The notes beneath the pieces are model-generated. The model was not told the DNA's origin and did no database searches. It saw only the letters and a program-made list of their open reading frames with translations. The translations under genes and the position numbers were made by a program. From positions 4,278,001 through 4,342,000 of the forward strand of contig NC_081397.1 in the NCBI RefSeq assembly GCF_030684315.1: DNA of 64,000 nucleotides. The letters run 5' to 3'. Positions 1-13,104 of this stretch are shown piece by piece. Source of the DNA: Stegostoma tigrinum (Eukaryota). Position 1 is the first letter of the stretch, and every line of letters starts with the position of its first letter.

Positions 1-559
1 GACCCAAAAATGTTATTTTTTTTCCTTTCCAGATGTTGCCAGATCTGTTGAGGTTTTCCAGCAACTTTGTTCTTGTTCTGTTATTAAGTATTATCCCCTC
101 TCTCCCAGCAAACAGCATGCCTGTGCTAATCACAGAAATAGCCAATTGTTTTCAATGCCTGTACAACACTTTGTCCTTTTCCCTTAACTCTTTTGAAAAA
201 AAAACAGCACAGAGGACGGGTTCCATCATCAGGCACCCTTCATTTACCCGAGCACACTTTCGGCCAGCCCGGAGACAATTCTCAAGATTCTAATCTTCTG
301 GTTATTTTGTCCAGCCAATACTCTCCTGATTGGCCCGGGCCAATAAACCCTCACGACCTTCATAGTTCAAGTGCTCGACCTGGTCCCAATTATGACAGGT
401 TTACCTTGAAAGGAGTTGCTTTAGAAATTTACCACAATCTGTCTTTGATTTGGCTGTATATTAAGAATTTTCACGCACAGTCAATTACTGAGACGAATAA
501 CTTAAATTCTATTGCATATCGCAACAAAGTTGAGGCTACTCAAGTCACCAAGTTAGGCC

Positions 560-850
560 TCACAACCCAGCGTGGCCCTGATCAAATTCATAGTGAATAT
601 TCGCTATGATTCCAACCAACAGTATCTGTCTATAGATAGATGCTTGTGAAGTGTTGTTCTCCAAGGTTCTGCTGTCAAAAAGCTCTGAATTGAACGATCA
701 CACAGATTTCTGTCCTTCACGTTTATGGAGGTATGTTATTGATGGTCATGTTGAGTATTTCGTTCAAACTATGAATTACTATTTCAGTCTTCATAAATCT
801 GCAATTTAGTACCTCATCAGATTAAATGCCCCATCTCCTTTACACTTTTA
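560..850 (-). mobile_element. Possible 3' part of an env-like retroviral remnant
   Basis: The minus strand gives broken frames including EIVIHSLNEILNMTINNIPP and a hydrophobic ILLVGIIA stretch. A purine tract GGGAGAGGGGA lies further downstream (~93-103, minus). Tentative. Confidence 0.3.
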
Positions 851-859
851 CTTACTTGT

Positions 860-1970
860 AGTATGTGTGCGTTATGTATTTATGACCCATCCCAAGCTGC
901 CCTTGGTAAAGTGATGGTGAGCTGCCTTGTTGAGCAGCTGCTCTCCCCACAATGGCATTGGGAAGGGCATTCCAGGGTTCTGATGCAGTGAACGCGAAAG
1001 ATCGGTGAAATATTTCCACGTTAGGATGCTGAGTGGCTTGGGGAGGAACTTGAAGATGGTGGTGTTCGATTGCATTTGCTGCCCTTGTCCCACAAATGTG
1101 AAAATGGTCATGGGTTTGGAACATTCTGGCTGAGGATCTTTGGTGAATTTCTGAAGTGCATCTTGTAGATGGTATTCAGTGCTGCGACTCAGTGTTGGTG
1201 GGGGAGGGCGGGGCTGCATGTGGATGTAGTGCCAGGTAAAGAGAAGCTTTGTCCTGAATGCTGTCTCGCTTCCTGAGTGCCTTTGGAGCCTCGCCCAGAA
1301 AAGAGGTGTCCCCCATCTAAATCCTGACTTGTGCATTGCAGGCAATGGAGAGGGAGTGAGGAATCAGGAGGTGATTTCATCGTCACAGTATTCCAAACCT
1401 CTCGCGTGATCGTGTGGCCGTCCTATTTATATGACGATTCCAGTTCAGTTTCTGTTCAATGGCGAACACAAGGTGTCGATAATAGGTGTTTCAGTGATAG
1501 TAACACCGTGGAATGTCAATGAGTGATACTTAAATATTCTCTCATTGATTATAATCATTGCTTATCATTTGTGTCGTGTGAACATAAATTGTCACTTGTC
1601 AGCTCAAGCTTGGATGTTGCCCGAAACTTGTTGCATTTGAACATGGACAGCTTTAGTGTCTGAGCCGTCGTGAATGGGGTTGAACATTGTGCAGTCATCG
1701 GTGAGCATCCCCACTTATAATGGAGGGAAGGCCATTGATAAAGCCGCTGAAGATACAGGGCACTACCCTGAGGAACTCCAGCAGAAATTCTCTGGAGCTG
1801 AAATGACTGATTTATAACAACCACGGTCAACTTCCAATTTAACAGATAAGATTCCAACGAGTGGAGAGTTTGCACCCTGTTACCCATTGATTCCAGTTTT
1901 GCCAGATCTTCTTGATGCCACTCTTGGTGGAACGCAGCCTGATGTCAAGAGCTGTCACTCTCACTTCAGG
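860..1970 (-). mobile_element. Degenerate L2/CR1-clade LINE fragment (RT and 3' part)
   Basis: The minus ORF 1555-1887 contains ISAGVPQGS and a degenerate FADD region. The 3' part (EPWNALP) is typical of LINE ORF2 ends. Confidence 0.75.
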
Positions 1971-2789
1971 TCACATTCGGAATAAGACTGTATGCTGAAT
2001 CACAGCTTCTTGCAAGTAACTCATTATTTTTTTCAGGCCAACCATTTCTTCTCGTTGCATAAGGCTACCAGCTATTAAGCAAGTGTCGAGGTAAATTTGC
2101 TCATGTATCTTGTACTTATTATTTGCAATATATGCTAATTATTCTTAATCCCCAGTGCAATTTCCTGGCTTTGTTCCTTTACAGGTTATTCCAGACAATT
2201 AGTTCAATCCATAAACACTTAGTACGTCTTTGAATTTTCTAGTACGACAGACTCTACTATTAACTCACGGTTTAAATATGGTAAATAGATTTGAATATAA
2301 CTGGACATTTTACAGAATCTTGGTTTATTTCCGAGTTGATTTAATGTGAACTACATTTTCAAAGTGCACCATTTCAGTATCTGTTACTGATATACATGAA
2401 CTGTAATGAATCAATGAATGAGAGAAAAGTGGTCAATAAATAAAACACAAAAGTAGTAATCATGTACAAAGTAATAAACATGGCCGAAATGTAAACAGAT
2501 TAATAATCATGTCGATAAAGACATTCAACTATCACTGTGAAATAAGTCACATTTCCAGATATAAAATGATCACGTCTGAACAGAATGAATTCCCATTTCA
2601 AGTGCTGCAAGGGTTGCTGATGTCAAAGTGAAAAGTGACAGAAATACACATCAAATCTACCAACAAAAGAGAGAAAACAGAAAACCTTCCGACCGAGCAT
2701 ATATTACCCCCCAATTCCAGATGTCATTGCACCAAGAACATTACTGCATTTTTGACAGATCTGTCTTTATTCACTAACTATCAAACTGA

Positions 2790-4130
2790 AATTTAACATG
2801 TAATCTGTATGCCTGTGTGAAAATCCCTTTTATTTATTTCAAATATTCCTTTCACGTGGACTTTCTGGACGTCATAGTTTTGCGAATTGTGAGAAGATAT
2901 AATCATTTCTCTCCAGAAGTCAGTGTCGACAAAAATCATATTTTTTTTCCTGTGGTTCACCAATTCCATTATTCCTCGGCACATGGGCATTTGAGAGTCA
3001 AAGCAAAATGTCGGTTCAGTGATGGGACAAGACATGTTATGAAAACAATTATCCATTATATTCCTTCACGTGTATATTCAAATCCACATTTTTTTTCTCT
3101 CTCCAGTGATATGTGAAACGTCGAGGGTACAGTTAAATGTCTCATTACCGCTGGAATCGAAACTACATCGAGATCAACAAATTCTTGATCACACAAGGAA
3201 TCAAGGGATATGGGGAGGGTGCAGGGAAGTGGAGTTGAAATGCCCAGCATCCATGATTTAAATGGTGGAGTGGACTTGATGGGCCAAATGGTCTGACTTC
3301 CACTCGTATGTCGTATGGTCTTATGGTCTTACATCTGGTTTGTCCAATTGTGTACAGTGGTTTGGGAAAATAATAGTTTTATCAATCTATTGGGATTCTC
3401 TAATGGCTGTCCCGACAAAGTGTCCCCTTGTTCCAATGCATAAGGAAACCTCCCTAACTCTCACACAGGTTGTACTTTGGATCACCCAAAAAATTACAGC
3501 GATTGTAATATTTAATGGTTTGTCATCTGTACACATCAAATGTATCCCTAACCCATTCCATTCCTGCCAAAACACAGATTTTCAGTCTTCGCTTTTGATA
3601 ATCGCCTGAAATCACATACATTTTATTTAATGCTCTGACCCGACCACAAACCTCAGTATGATCATTTAGTCTATTGAATACCCCTTTAAATTGTGAAGTT
3701 AGTTGAGTTAATTGATCACTTGTCGCATCATTCTCTATCCTATTCATGCAGGAACGGTGAACCGCATGTGTCTGCAGCATCTCCGATCAATCTTCTACAT
3801 TCTCTGTTACTTTCTTTCTCTCTGATTGTGTAAACCTCTTAATTGAACAACATCTTGATCAATTCATTATAAATGTTAGGTAAACGTTCTGGACACCACG
3901 TTGGTAACTGAATACCTGAGAGATTCAAAACCAATTCGTGTTGAACTTTCCAAACAATATGTTACCCGCGCTTCAAATAGCCATCCATCCTTCGGGTCCT
4001 TCTTTTTCTGACAGGGCACTCCACAGGGATTTCAGGCTCTTCCCATGTAATAATGAGCGTGATTTAACACACTGTGCAATTGTCAGCGAATTTGGACTTG
4101 ATTTCCATTTTGCAAGTAAAATTAAACCAT
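2790..4130 (-). mobile_element. Decayed env-like (viral fusion glycoprotein) coding remnant, probable endogenous retroviral element
   Basis: Consecutive minus-strand frames read WCPERLPNIYNELIKMLFN...RECRR/LIGD (furin-like site), a heptad-like DQLTQLTSQFKGVFNRLND, and Cys-rich blocks (CPITEPTFCF). There are multiple stops and frameshifts. Confidence 0.45.
3190..3332 (+). mobile_element. CR1 3' tail fragment inserted in the env-like remnant
   Basis: GGAATCAAGGGATATGGGGAG...GGGCCAAATGG followed by a short TATGGTCT tandem tail, similar to other CR1 3' ends in the window. Confidence 0.6.
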
Positions 4131-4479
4131 GAGAATGTGGTGGCTGGGAGAGGGGCAGGGAGGCTTCTCCCAACTCCTCAGATCTGAACGCATCAACGTT
4201 TGATGAGTTCTGGAATTAGACACCTCATGATATACACAAGTACACAGGCTACAACTGGCTCTGCTGAAGGACTGGCTGAATGCTTTGGCTCCTGTGCCCC
4301 TCCCGAGGCTGAGAGCGTCACGTCTGTATTAATATTGTGAATCCCCACCAAGCCACGGAGGCACATTTGCTGATGTGTGACACATCACGCCAAGTGCCAC
4401 CTGCGGATCTTTGTATTTTTTCGAGTTCCCAGTCTGAATTGCTGACCTGCTGTCAATGCCCCGCTGCAACCTACAACAG

Positions 4480-4935
4480 CTCCCCACATCGTGCAAGTGC
4501 TCACCCGAACTAAAGACCGACTCCCCGCCATGGACAGGACCAGTGTCCTCTACAAGATCCCCTGCAGAGACAGCGAGAAACACCACATCAGACAAACAGG
4601 AAGGAAACTAATAACAAGAGTGCATGAACACCAACTGGCTACAAAAGGCACGACCAGTACTCACTCATCTCAATCCACATGGACAAGGAGAACCACAACT
4701 TCGACTGGGACAACACCAAGATCCTGGGACAGGCCAGGCAGAGGCAAGCGCCAGAATTCCTGGAAGCATGGCACTCCACAAAGCAGGCTACGAATAAACA
4801 CATTGAACTCGATCCCACATGCATTCCACTACAGAGGAAACCCGGATGTGAGGCGATCCATTGCAACGGACCCCAGAGTTTAAAAGCCAGGCAGGAAAAC
4901 CGACACTTCATCAGAGGCTGCATTGAGGATGCTTC
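4480..4935 (+). mobile_element. Penelope-like element, GIY-YIG endonuclease end (family B)
   Basis: VLYKIPCRDSEKHHIRQTGRKLITRVHEH, then HNFDWDNTKILGQARQRQAPEFLEAWHS after a frameshift. Confidence 0.8.
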
Positions 4936-5649
4936 TTTCATTTACTGTACACACAAAACAAATACTTCCTCTGCATGTCATGGAGCAGACACCTCAGCAC
5001 CTCCTTCACAACCCCCTCGTGAAGAGAAACCAAGCAGAAGAAATCACTCTTAAAGGCACATACATCTCTCTCTCTCTCGCTCTCTTTGGACTCTATCTCC
5101 ACCACTTCTCATCCCTCCCCTTCCCGACCATACCACCCCAAATCCACTCTTCAGTATAAATACCACTTATTCCCTGCTGATATCAGTTGTGATGAAGAGT
5201 CACCAGACTCGAAGCAGTAACTGTTTTCTTCCTACTGATGCTGCCAGACCTGCTAAGTTTCGAGGGTTTACTGTAACAATTTCAAAGATAATTAGTGATG
5301 AATAATGACTGATGGTTGATTTCGCCAGCCAATACACCAAAATGCAAAAGCTGAACTTTCTGCACTGCTACCTCGGGGAGTCTGTATCATTCCCTGCTCT
5401 TCCTTCTAGACACCGTACTATCTCTCAGCACAGACAGAATCCAAAGTGCAGAACCAAGCTGACACTTCTGCCTCCTGGAACACAATTGCCAGATAATCAC
5501 CCCCTGATTGAGACACTGGCCTGCACAGTTCAGACTTTATTACTTCATCACTGAGCTGCTGTTTCTTGAAATGCAGGCATTTGACAGGATCTTGTCAAAC
5601 CAGGTGGCCAGAAATATGATGTCATGAATTCAGCAAGCTACTTCAGAAA

Positions 5650-5696
5650 GAGAGGGAGACAGTAAGATGGAGAGGGCTGACCGACAGAGTGAGTAA

Positions 5697-5735
<39 letters not shown>

Positions 5736-6605
5736 CAAAAAATAAGAAAAAAAGATGCAGAGTCAAAGACACACAGAGAGACAATGAGAGAGTAGAGAAA
5801 CAAACGGTGAAAGAAACAGTGTGTGTGAGAGACAGAGACAGACAGGTAGAAGCAGAGCGTGAGAGACAGAGAGGGAGAGTGAGAGATACAGAGAGGAACA
5901 GAAACGCAGAGAGAGAGACAGAGAGAGGCACAGAGTGAGAGAAAGAGAGGGAGACAGGGTCTGAGACAGAGACAATGATGTGTATGTGAGAGGCAAACAC
6001 AGAGAGAAAGAGAGAGAGAAATATATTTGTGAGGGAGAGGGAGTCAGTGAGTGAGAAACAGGTAGTGTGAGAGAGACACAATGGGGAAGAAAGATAGAGA
6101 AAGAGAGAGAGTTCGAAGCAGGGCAAGACAGAAAGAAAGAGTCAGAGAGACAGTGAGACAGACAGAGAGAGGGAAAGAATGAGAGACAGAAACAATGAGA
6201 GAGCAATTGTGATAAAGACGGTGAGAGAGAGGAGAGTGATACTGTGACAGACAGAAAGAGACACAGTGAGTCAGAGAGAGACACAAAGGGGGGGAACACA
6301 AGGAGAGAGAGATAGATAGAGAAACATGACAGAGAGGGGGAAAGAGCAAAAGGAACGGTGAGAGAGAGAAAGGGAGTTTGACAGAGACAATGAAAGACAC
6401 AGAAAGAGGGAGAATGACAGTGAGCGAGAGAGATAGAGAGGGGAAGAGCGAGAAGTAGGACAGAGAGTGAGACAGTTGGAAAATGTGTGAGTGAGTGAGT
6501 CACTAAATGAAAGAGACACAGAGAGGGAGGCACTGAGACAGAAAGAATGAGAGAGAGACACAAGTGCAAGCCAGAGGGAGGGAGAGTGTGAGACGGACAG
6601 AGGAA
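5650..6605. repeat. Degenerate GA/GACA-rich simple repeat
   Basis: About 950 bp of AGAGAG/AGACAG/AGTGAG units. Confidence 0.9.
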
Positions 6606-6759
6606 GTCATCAAACTGAATGGAGAAAAACAGCCAGACAGAGGCACAAGAAAGATTCACTGACCTGAAACATTTCTTCTCTGAGCTAATTAATGACTCTG
6701 CCCTTGAGTCTTCAATTTATGTCACTATTCATGTTGGGCCACCCCTACTTTTCGTTTGG

Positions 6760-8130
6760 CCAGGCATTTACATCTTCTTGATCAATGAAATGCAGCATGT
6801 CCATCCATCTCTGAGGCCAACAGGCCAAGAATGCAAAGTGTAAACCAAAATTCAATCGCATTTGCATGTACATTTGCTTCATGCCCATTTGATGATGAAA
6901 CTCTGGAGGCTGGTTCCAGACTGTCCTCAAGTTGAGACATTTATTCAGTATTCAACATTTCAAAATGTGTGATCAATTATATAACCTCTACTTTTAAAAA
7001 AAAGGAAATATTTTCATATGCAATGCTGCTGCCATCTGACAAAATACTGTTAGGTTGAACTCTCCTCTGGAAGCGTATCCTTCCCTCATAAGATCAGCAA
7101 TACCATGCACTTTACTGAAAGGCACAAACCATTTGAAATCTGGCAAGTGGACAACATGACAGTGAAGTATTGCCTCACCACTGCTCCTGGTAATGCGACA
7201 GTCTGTGTACTCTGTGGTTTGGATATCTTGCGTTTAATAGAAGATTTTAACTATTTCAACATTTGTGATAAATTTAAGTTCCAGTCATGAGTAGAAGTCC
7301 AACAAGATCTAACCATAGGGAAGGGAAAGATTGTTGTCAATCAAAGGAAAAGATGTGTAAAGCTGAATTTGGGGATGAGGGGGGACACCTTGCCCTGCAG
7401 TGGGAATGAACAGGTGATTTGAAAAGTAGGTTACTTGAAAACAATTTGTAGAAAGCTGACGTTACACTTCAGGCCTGGAGATTCCGAACACTTTTGAATT
7501 CAGTAAAGTGAAATGAAGAATATAATGCATTACGAGAGAAAACAGCATGAAATTAAACTAAGAAGAGACATAAAAGCTTTCCCCGTCTTCTATGATTAGA
7601 TCTTGTTGGACTTCTGCTCATGATCAGGACTTAAATTTGTCACAAATGGGGAAACAATTAAAACCTTTGATTTAAAAGCAAGCTGAGCAGACACAGAATA
7701 TACAAACTGTCACATTACCAGGAGCAGTGGTGAGGCAACGCCTCACTGTCTGGTTGTCCACATCGCAGATTTCAGGTGGCATGAGCCAAATGCACATGAC
7801 TGGTGATCTTATGAGGGAAGGACATCGCTTCAAGTGGAGAGATCAATATAAGAGTATTTCTTCAGATGACATGCTTCCAGCAGTTGCATTCCACGTGAAA
7901 TTATTCACCTTGTTAAGAAAAAACAAAGTTGAGTTTTTTGAAAACATATTGAATTGTTAGATGCTGAAGTAATGTCTTACCTTGAGGAAAGTCTGGATCC
8001 AGCCACCGGCAAATCGTCATCAAATTAGTCCGAAGCAAAACAACATCCAAATGCAATCAAATGTTTTGTTTTGCATTTTGCATTCTACCCCTGTTGGTGT
8101 AGGAGATGGATGGATGTGCTTTGATGAAGA
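6760..8130. repeat. Long imperfect inverted repeat (arms ~6760-7330 and ~7580-8130)
   Basis: AGAAGTCCAACAAGATCTAA (~7293) is the reverse complement of TTAGATCTTGTTGGACTTCT (~7596). TGCCTCACCACTGCTCCTGGTAATG (~7171) is the reverse complement of CATTACCAGGAGCAGTGGTGAGGCA (~7713). Confidence 0.85.
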
Positions 8131-8234
8131 TCGTTTGGCCAAGAGACTGTTTTGCAAGATGTACGAAATTGGAGGAAGGCAAATTTTGAAAATGTTAAGC
8201 AAGAACTTTCAAAAGTTGGCGGTGTTTATTTGCA

Positions 8235-9365
8235 GGTAAAGGGACAGCTGGACAATGGGAAGGCTTCAAAAGTGAGATAGTGAGAATCCAGGAACAGTAT
8301 GTTGCTGTGAGGGTGAAGGGCAAGGATGGCAGGTAGAGGCAATGTTGGATGACTGCAGAAATTGTGGCTATTTCTGAAACAAAGAAGTGTACATCCGTCA
8401 GGAATAGACAGCAGGGATCAAGTGAATCCCGAGGAGAGTGTAAAGCCACCAGAAGGCTATGTAAGGAGGAAAGCAGGGGGGCACAAAGGGGGCATGGGTT
8501 TTGGTAAATGTGAGTAAGGAGAATCCTAAGGGATTCTACAAATGCATAGGGATAAAAGAAGTAACTAGGGAGAGAATACAGCTCATTAAGATCTACGTAC
8601 GTGTGGAATCACCAGAGAGGGGAGTAAATATGAATTGGGTAGTTTGCTTCAGATTTTATTGTGGAGAAGGATATGGAAACTAGAAAACTTGGAGAAATAA
8701 GAGTGAAATGTTTTTTCAAAAAGTCCATATTACAGAGGTGGTGGTGCTGGACGCCTGTACATACATAACGGTGGATAAATCCCCGGGACCTGATCAGGTG
8801 TCCCCTGGAACTCTGTGGGAAGCTCGGGAAGTGATTGTTGCGCCTCTTACTGAGGTATTTGTATCATCGATGACACAGAGTTTGGCTAAAGTGGTCTCAC
8901 TGTTTAAGAAACACAGTAAAGGACAGCCAGGGAACTATAGAAGAGTGAGCCTGACATCAGCGGTGGGCAAGTTGTTGGAGGAAATCCTGAGGGACAGAAT
9001 TTGGATGTATTTGGAAAGGCCAGGACTGATTAGGGTTGGTCAGTATGGCTTTGTGCGTGGGAAATCGCATCTCACTAACTTGATTGAGTATTTTGAAGAA
9101 GTAACAAAGAGGATTGATGAAGGCAGAGCGGTCGGTGTGATCTATATGGAGTTCAGTAAGGCATTCAACAAGGTCCTGCAGGGTAGACTGGTTAGTGAGG
9201 TTAGATGATGTGAAATACTGAGGGAACTAGCCATTTGGATACAGAACTGGCTTGAAGGCCGAAGACAGAGAGAGGTGGTGGAAGGTTTCATTTCAGATTG
9301 GAGACCTGTGACCAGTGGTAACCCACAGGGATTGGTGCTGGGTCCACTGCTTTTCGTTGTTTGAT
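8235..9365 (+). mobile_element. CR1 LINE ORF2 fragment
   Basis: KSPGPDQ, PGNYRRVSLTS, QYGFVRGKS and VIYMEFSKAFNKV (RT motifs), with stops. Confidence 0.9.
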
Positions 9366-10069
9366 CTGAGAGTCTGACATGAAAATGAGTCGTGCTTTGG
9401 ACATAGAAACATAGAAAATAGGACCAAGAAGAGACCGTTCGGCATTTCAAGCCTGTAGGATGTTTTATTTGTTTAAAAACCAAAAGAAATCTGGTGAGGA
9501 TTCTAGTCAGGAGAGAGGGAGAGAAAGACCCTCCTCCCAGATACTCAGTGAACTGAATTAAAATGGCCAAGCTGTGTCTTGCTGATGTCATTCTCAAATT
9601 ATATTGTCCTGCCGCACAAACATCACACATTACTCTGACATGAACAAGTCTTTTGGGAGAGTTTCACATGTAGGGTGTTCATTTTCTCTTCTGGGGGACT
9701 CCGGTCTGTTTGAGCTGCAGGTTAATGTGTTTATGTCAAATCTGAGGGTCCCAGTTACCTTAACCCCAGTCTTCAAACTGTTTTAAAATGACAAGGCCAC
9801 AACCCAACAGGGCCCTGTTAACCAGTGGCCCATAGCAAAAAAAGGGCTCACAAAAAAAATCAATCAAACCTCGGGGTAATAACCAGAAACAGCTCACATG
9901 GACACCATGGAGTGTTGCCTGTTGTACAGGCCTCAGGCCTGAGAGCTATGGCCCCCCTCTTGGAGGATGCTCTTGTACAAAGATCACCCTGTCCCAAAGT
10001 CACTCTCTCTCTCTTTGGATCTTCTGAGCGAACAACAATTCCCTGGGAGGAATGAGACAGGATTAGTTA

Positions 10070-11095
10070 AAGGAGACAGTATGAACAGCAGATGCTGGAG
10101 ACAGAATCAAACAGGGTGGGGCTGGAGGAACACAGCGGGTCTGGCAGCATCAGAGAAGCAGGAATGTCAACATTTCAGGTCAACAGCCCCCAATCAGGAC
10201 TGGGGAGGGTGAAAGGAGCTGGGAAATAGATAGAGGGAGAAGGGGTTGGGCTGGGGAAGGTATGTGGGATCGTGATTGGTGAATGCAGGTAGGGGGCAGT
10301 GGGGATTGTGTCAGTGGGAAAGGAAGGACAGATACATGGGAATGAAGATGGACAGGTTGTGTCAGGTCATGGAGGTAGGGATGAGAGGGAGGGTTGGACA
10401 GGGGATGAGGCCAGGGGTGGGGGGATTTACAACGAGTGAATTCTACGTGAGGCCATTGGGCTGCCGGCTCCCGACGTGGAATTTGAGGTGTTGTTCCTCC
10501 AGTTTGTGTGCCATGTCATTGTGGTACTGGAGGAGGCCTGAGATGGACATGACACCAGGGGAGTGGGAGGGGGGAGTTAAAATGGTCGGCAACCGGAAGG
10601 TGTTGTTGATGACAGCATTCAGAGCGCAGATGCTCCATGAATTGGTCACAGAGTCTGCGCTTGGTCTCACTGGTCACATCGGGGGTATGGATACAGTAGA
10701 CGAGTTTGGAGGATGTACTGGTAAACCCCTGTCAGAGAATGGAAAGTTTGTCTGGGGCCTTGGATAGAGGTGAGAGGGGAGGTGTAGGGGCAGGTGTAGC
10801 ACCTTCCGCAGTTGGAGGGAAAGGTGTTGGGTGTGTTGGGGTTAGTGGGGAGTGTGGAGTGGACGAGGGGGTCGTGCAGTGAGCGGTCCCTATGAAAGGC
10901 AGATGGGGAAATATCTCTTTGGTGGTGGGTCGGATTGCAGATTCTGGCGGTGACAGACGGTAGTGCACTGGTTGCGAATGTTGGTCGGACGGTATGTGAG
11001 GGCCAGGGGGATTCTGTCCTTATTTTTGTTGGGGGGAGTGGGTTTGAGGGCAGAATTGTGGAAATGCAAGTGACACATTTAAGGGCATTGTGAAT
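10070..11095 (-). mobile_element. Penelope-like element fragment (GIY-YIG end plus pLTR)
   Basis: KDRIPLALTYRPTN, CGRCYTCPYT and HKLEEQHLKFHVGSRQPNGL in minus frames. Confidence 0.85.
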
Positions 11096-12131
11096 CTTTG
11101 GGAGAGATGGCACAGCAAGATCCCAGCGATTCCAGTCTCAACAGGACACCGACAATCACTCAGCAACATATCATTAACAATTTGAATTTTGACTAGAGTC
11201 CTTTCACAAACGTCACAAGCCCCACAAAGTTGCTCAGCAGAACACTCCCTTCCTGCAGCAATGGCATTGCAGCATTTGTTGCAAAGCAAGATCCCACTCC
11301 AACAAGATAACAGCTGCCAGCCCAATAGTCTGATTCCTTTATCCTTTGCGATGCTGCTTACATGTTAACTGCTTGCTGTAACTCCAGAAACAAACTCATC
11401 TCGAATGCCTCTCTCTGTCTCTCCCTCCCACTCTCTTGCCCTCTTTCTCTCTCTGTTTCTGCCTCTGTCTCTCTCTGTCTCTCGGCCCCTCAATCTCTCT
11501 CTCTGTTCCCCCGCCTTCACCACACACACTCGCACACACACGCGCACAGAGGGACAGCTGCTCACTCCCTCGATACAGAGAGGGAAAACAGGATTTATAA
11601 ATGAATCTGATGCATTAGTCTCCAGATTTATTCTCAGTGAGGGCTTTATTGTCTCCTCCCACACAGAGAGCTCTCTGTCCCTTTGAGATGTTAATGTCAG
11701 GACAGGATCCTTGTTGAATCTCCCTCAACATTGACATGTTAATTCTAGTGCAGAAAACTTGATCATTCCTTGTTTTCTTTGACATTTTTTTTCAGCTTTG
11801 TTATTGTTATCAGTGCAGTTTGAAATGTTGAACATGGACATGGATCCCACACTCGCCTCTAAAATCCCTGACCCTAAAACCCCCAACACACACAGAAGTG
11901 ACTCGACTCTGGGGCTATTTGCTGAGGTCCTCGCTCTGAGGATTTTTATGCTGTCAGTGTGATTCCGAGATATGGCTCTCTCTCTCTCTCTCTCTTTCTG
12001 TTTCTGACTTTGTCTTTGTCCATCTCTCTTCCTGTCCTGCACTCATTGTAGCCATTTCAAGCCTGAATTTCCAACTTCCCCAGGCAAAAGACCAGGTGAT
12101 CTGTCGCACTCCAGCATCGGCATCTGCATCA

Positions 12132-12134
<3 letters not shown>

Positions 12135-12190
<56 letters not shown>

Positions 12191-12191
12191 T
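12135..12191. repeat. Compound (CT)n(CA)n microsatellite
   Basis: Directly visible perfect run. Confidence 0.95.
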
Positions 12192-13104
12192 CCCAATGTC
12201 AATTTTAAATTTCTGACATTATTACCCTGAAATTATGGCAAGTCTTTAGGAGACAGTTTGACATTTCGGGTTTTAATTCCCTCTTTGGGGAGTCCTGTCT
12301 GTCAGACACTCACTGGGGATGGTTGGGGTGAACGAGTTTGTGCCAAATTCCAAGACCTTGGTTTTTTAACCCCAGGCTGCAAACCTGTTTTAAAAATGAC
12401 TGGGCCACAATCTGACAGGACCTAGTGATCCAGACACCCCTTTAAAAAAAACCAGGGTCCAACAGACAAAATCAAACTTTGGGGGAATAAAGAGACTGAA
12501 CTCATTTGGGCCACAGGGAGTGCAGCCTGTCGAATAGGCCTCAGGACTGTGTGCCCTTCTTAGAGGATGCTCTTGTTCAAAGATTACTTTGCCCCAAACT
12601 CTGACTCTCTTCAGATCTTCTGAGTGAGTAACAATTCCCTGGGAGAATACAGACAGGACAAGAAAATCTGGACAGAGATGGCACAACAAGGTCCCAGAGA
12701 TTTCCTCTCTCAGCAACATTGAAATATTAAACATGCCAGCGGGAAGTTGGGTTTTCAGACCAGATCCTTTTGAAGAAATTACAAAACAAATGAATTCTCT
12801 GATTAGAAGACTCACTGCTTGCTAAGATGGCACGGTAGCAAATGACGCAGAGCAAGATCCCACATGGAACGACCAGATCATCTGATTCCTTTCTCCCCTG
12901 CAATGCTGCTTCAGTGTTAATCATTTTCCCTAATGACAGAACCCATCACTACTGCTGTTTCTCAATCTCAAATATCTCTCCGTCTCTCTCCTCCTGTGGA
13001 AAGGGTATTCACACTCCCTCCATGGAAGAAATATTGAGCAAACTCATGGAGCTGCAGTTTTTCAGTGTTTCAATTTTTTCAGTGTTTCAATCCTAAAACA
13101 AAAA

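Larger units (their letters stand above)
9630..12960 (+). repeat. Diverged direct duplication (copy 1 ~9630-11380 with Penelope insert; copy 2 ~12220-12960)
   Basis: Shared blocks GAGGATGCTCTTGT (~9963 and ~12563), ACAATTCCCTGGGAG (~10035 and ~12631), AGAGATGGCACA (~11103 and ~12674). Confidence 0.8.

Noticed and set aside
5638-6659. Long S/L/C-rich ORFs (up to 298 aa)
   Set aside because: Translation of GA/CT simple repeat with no domain structure.
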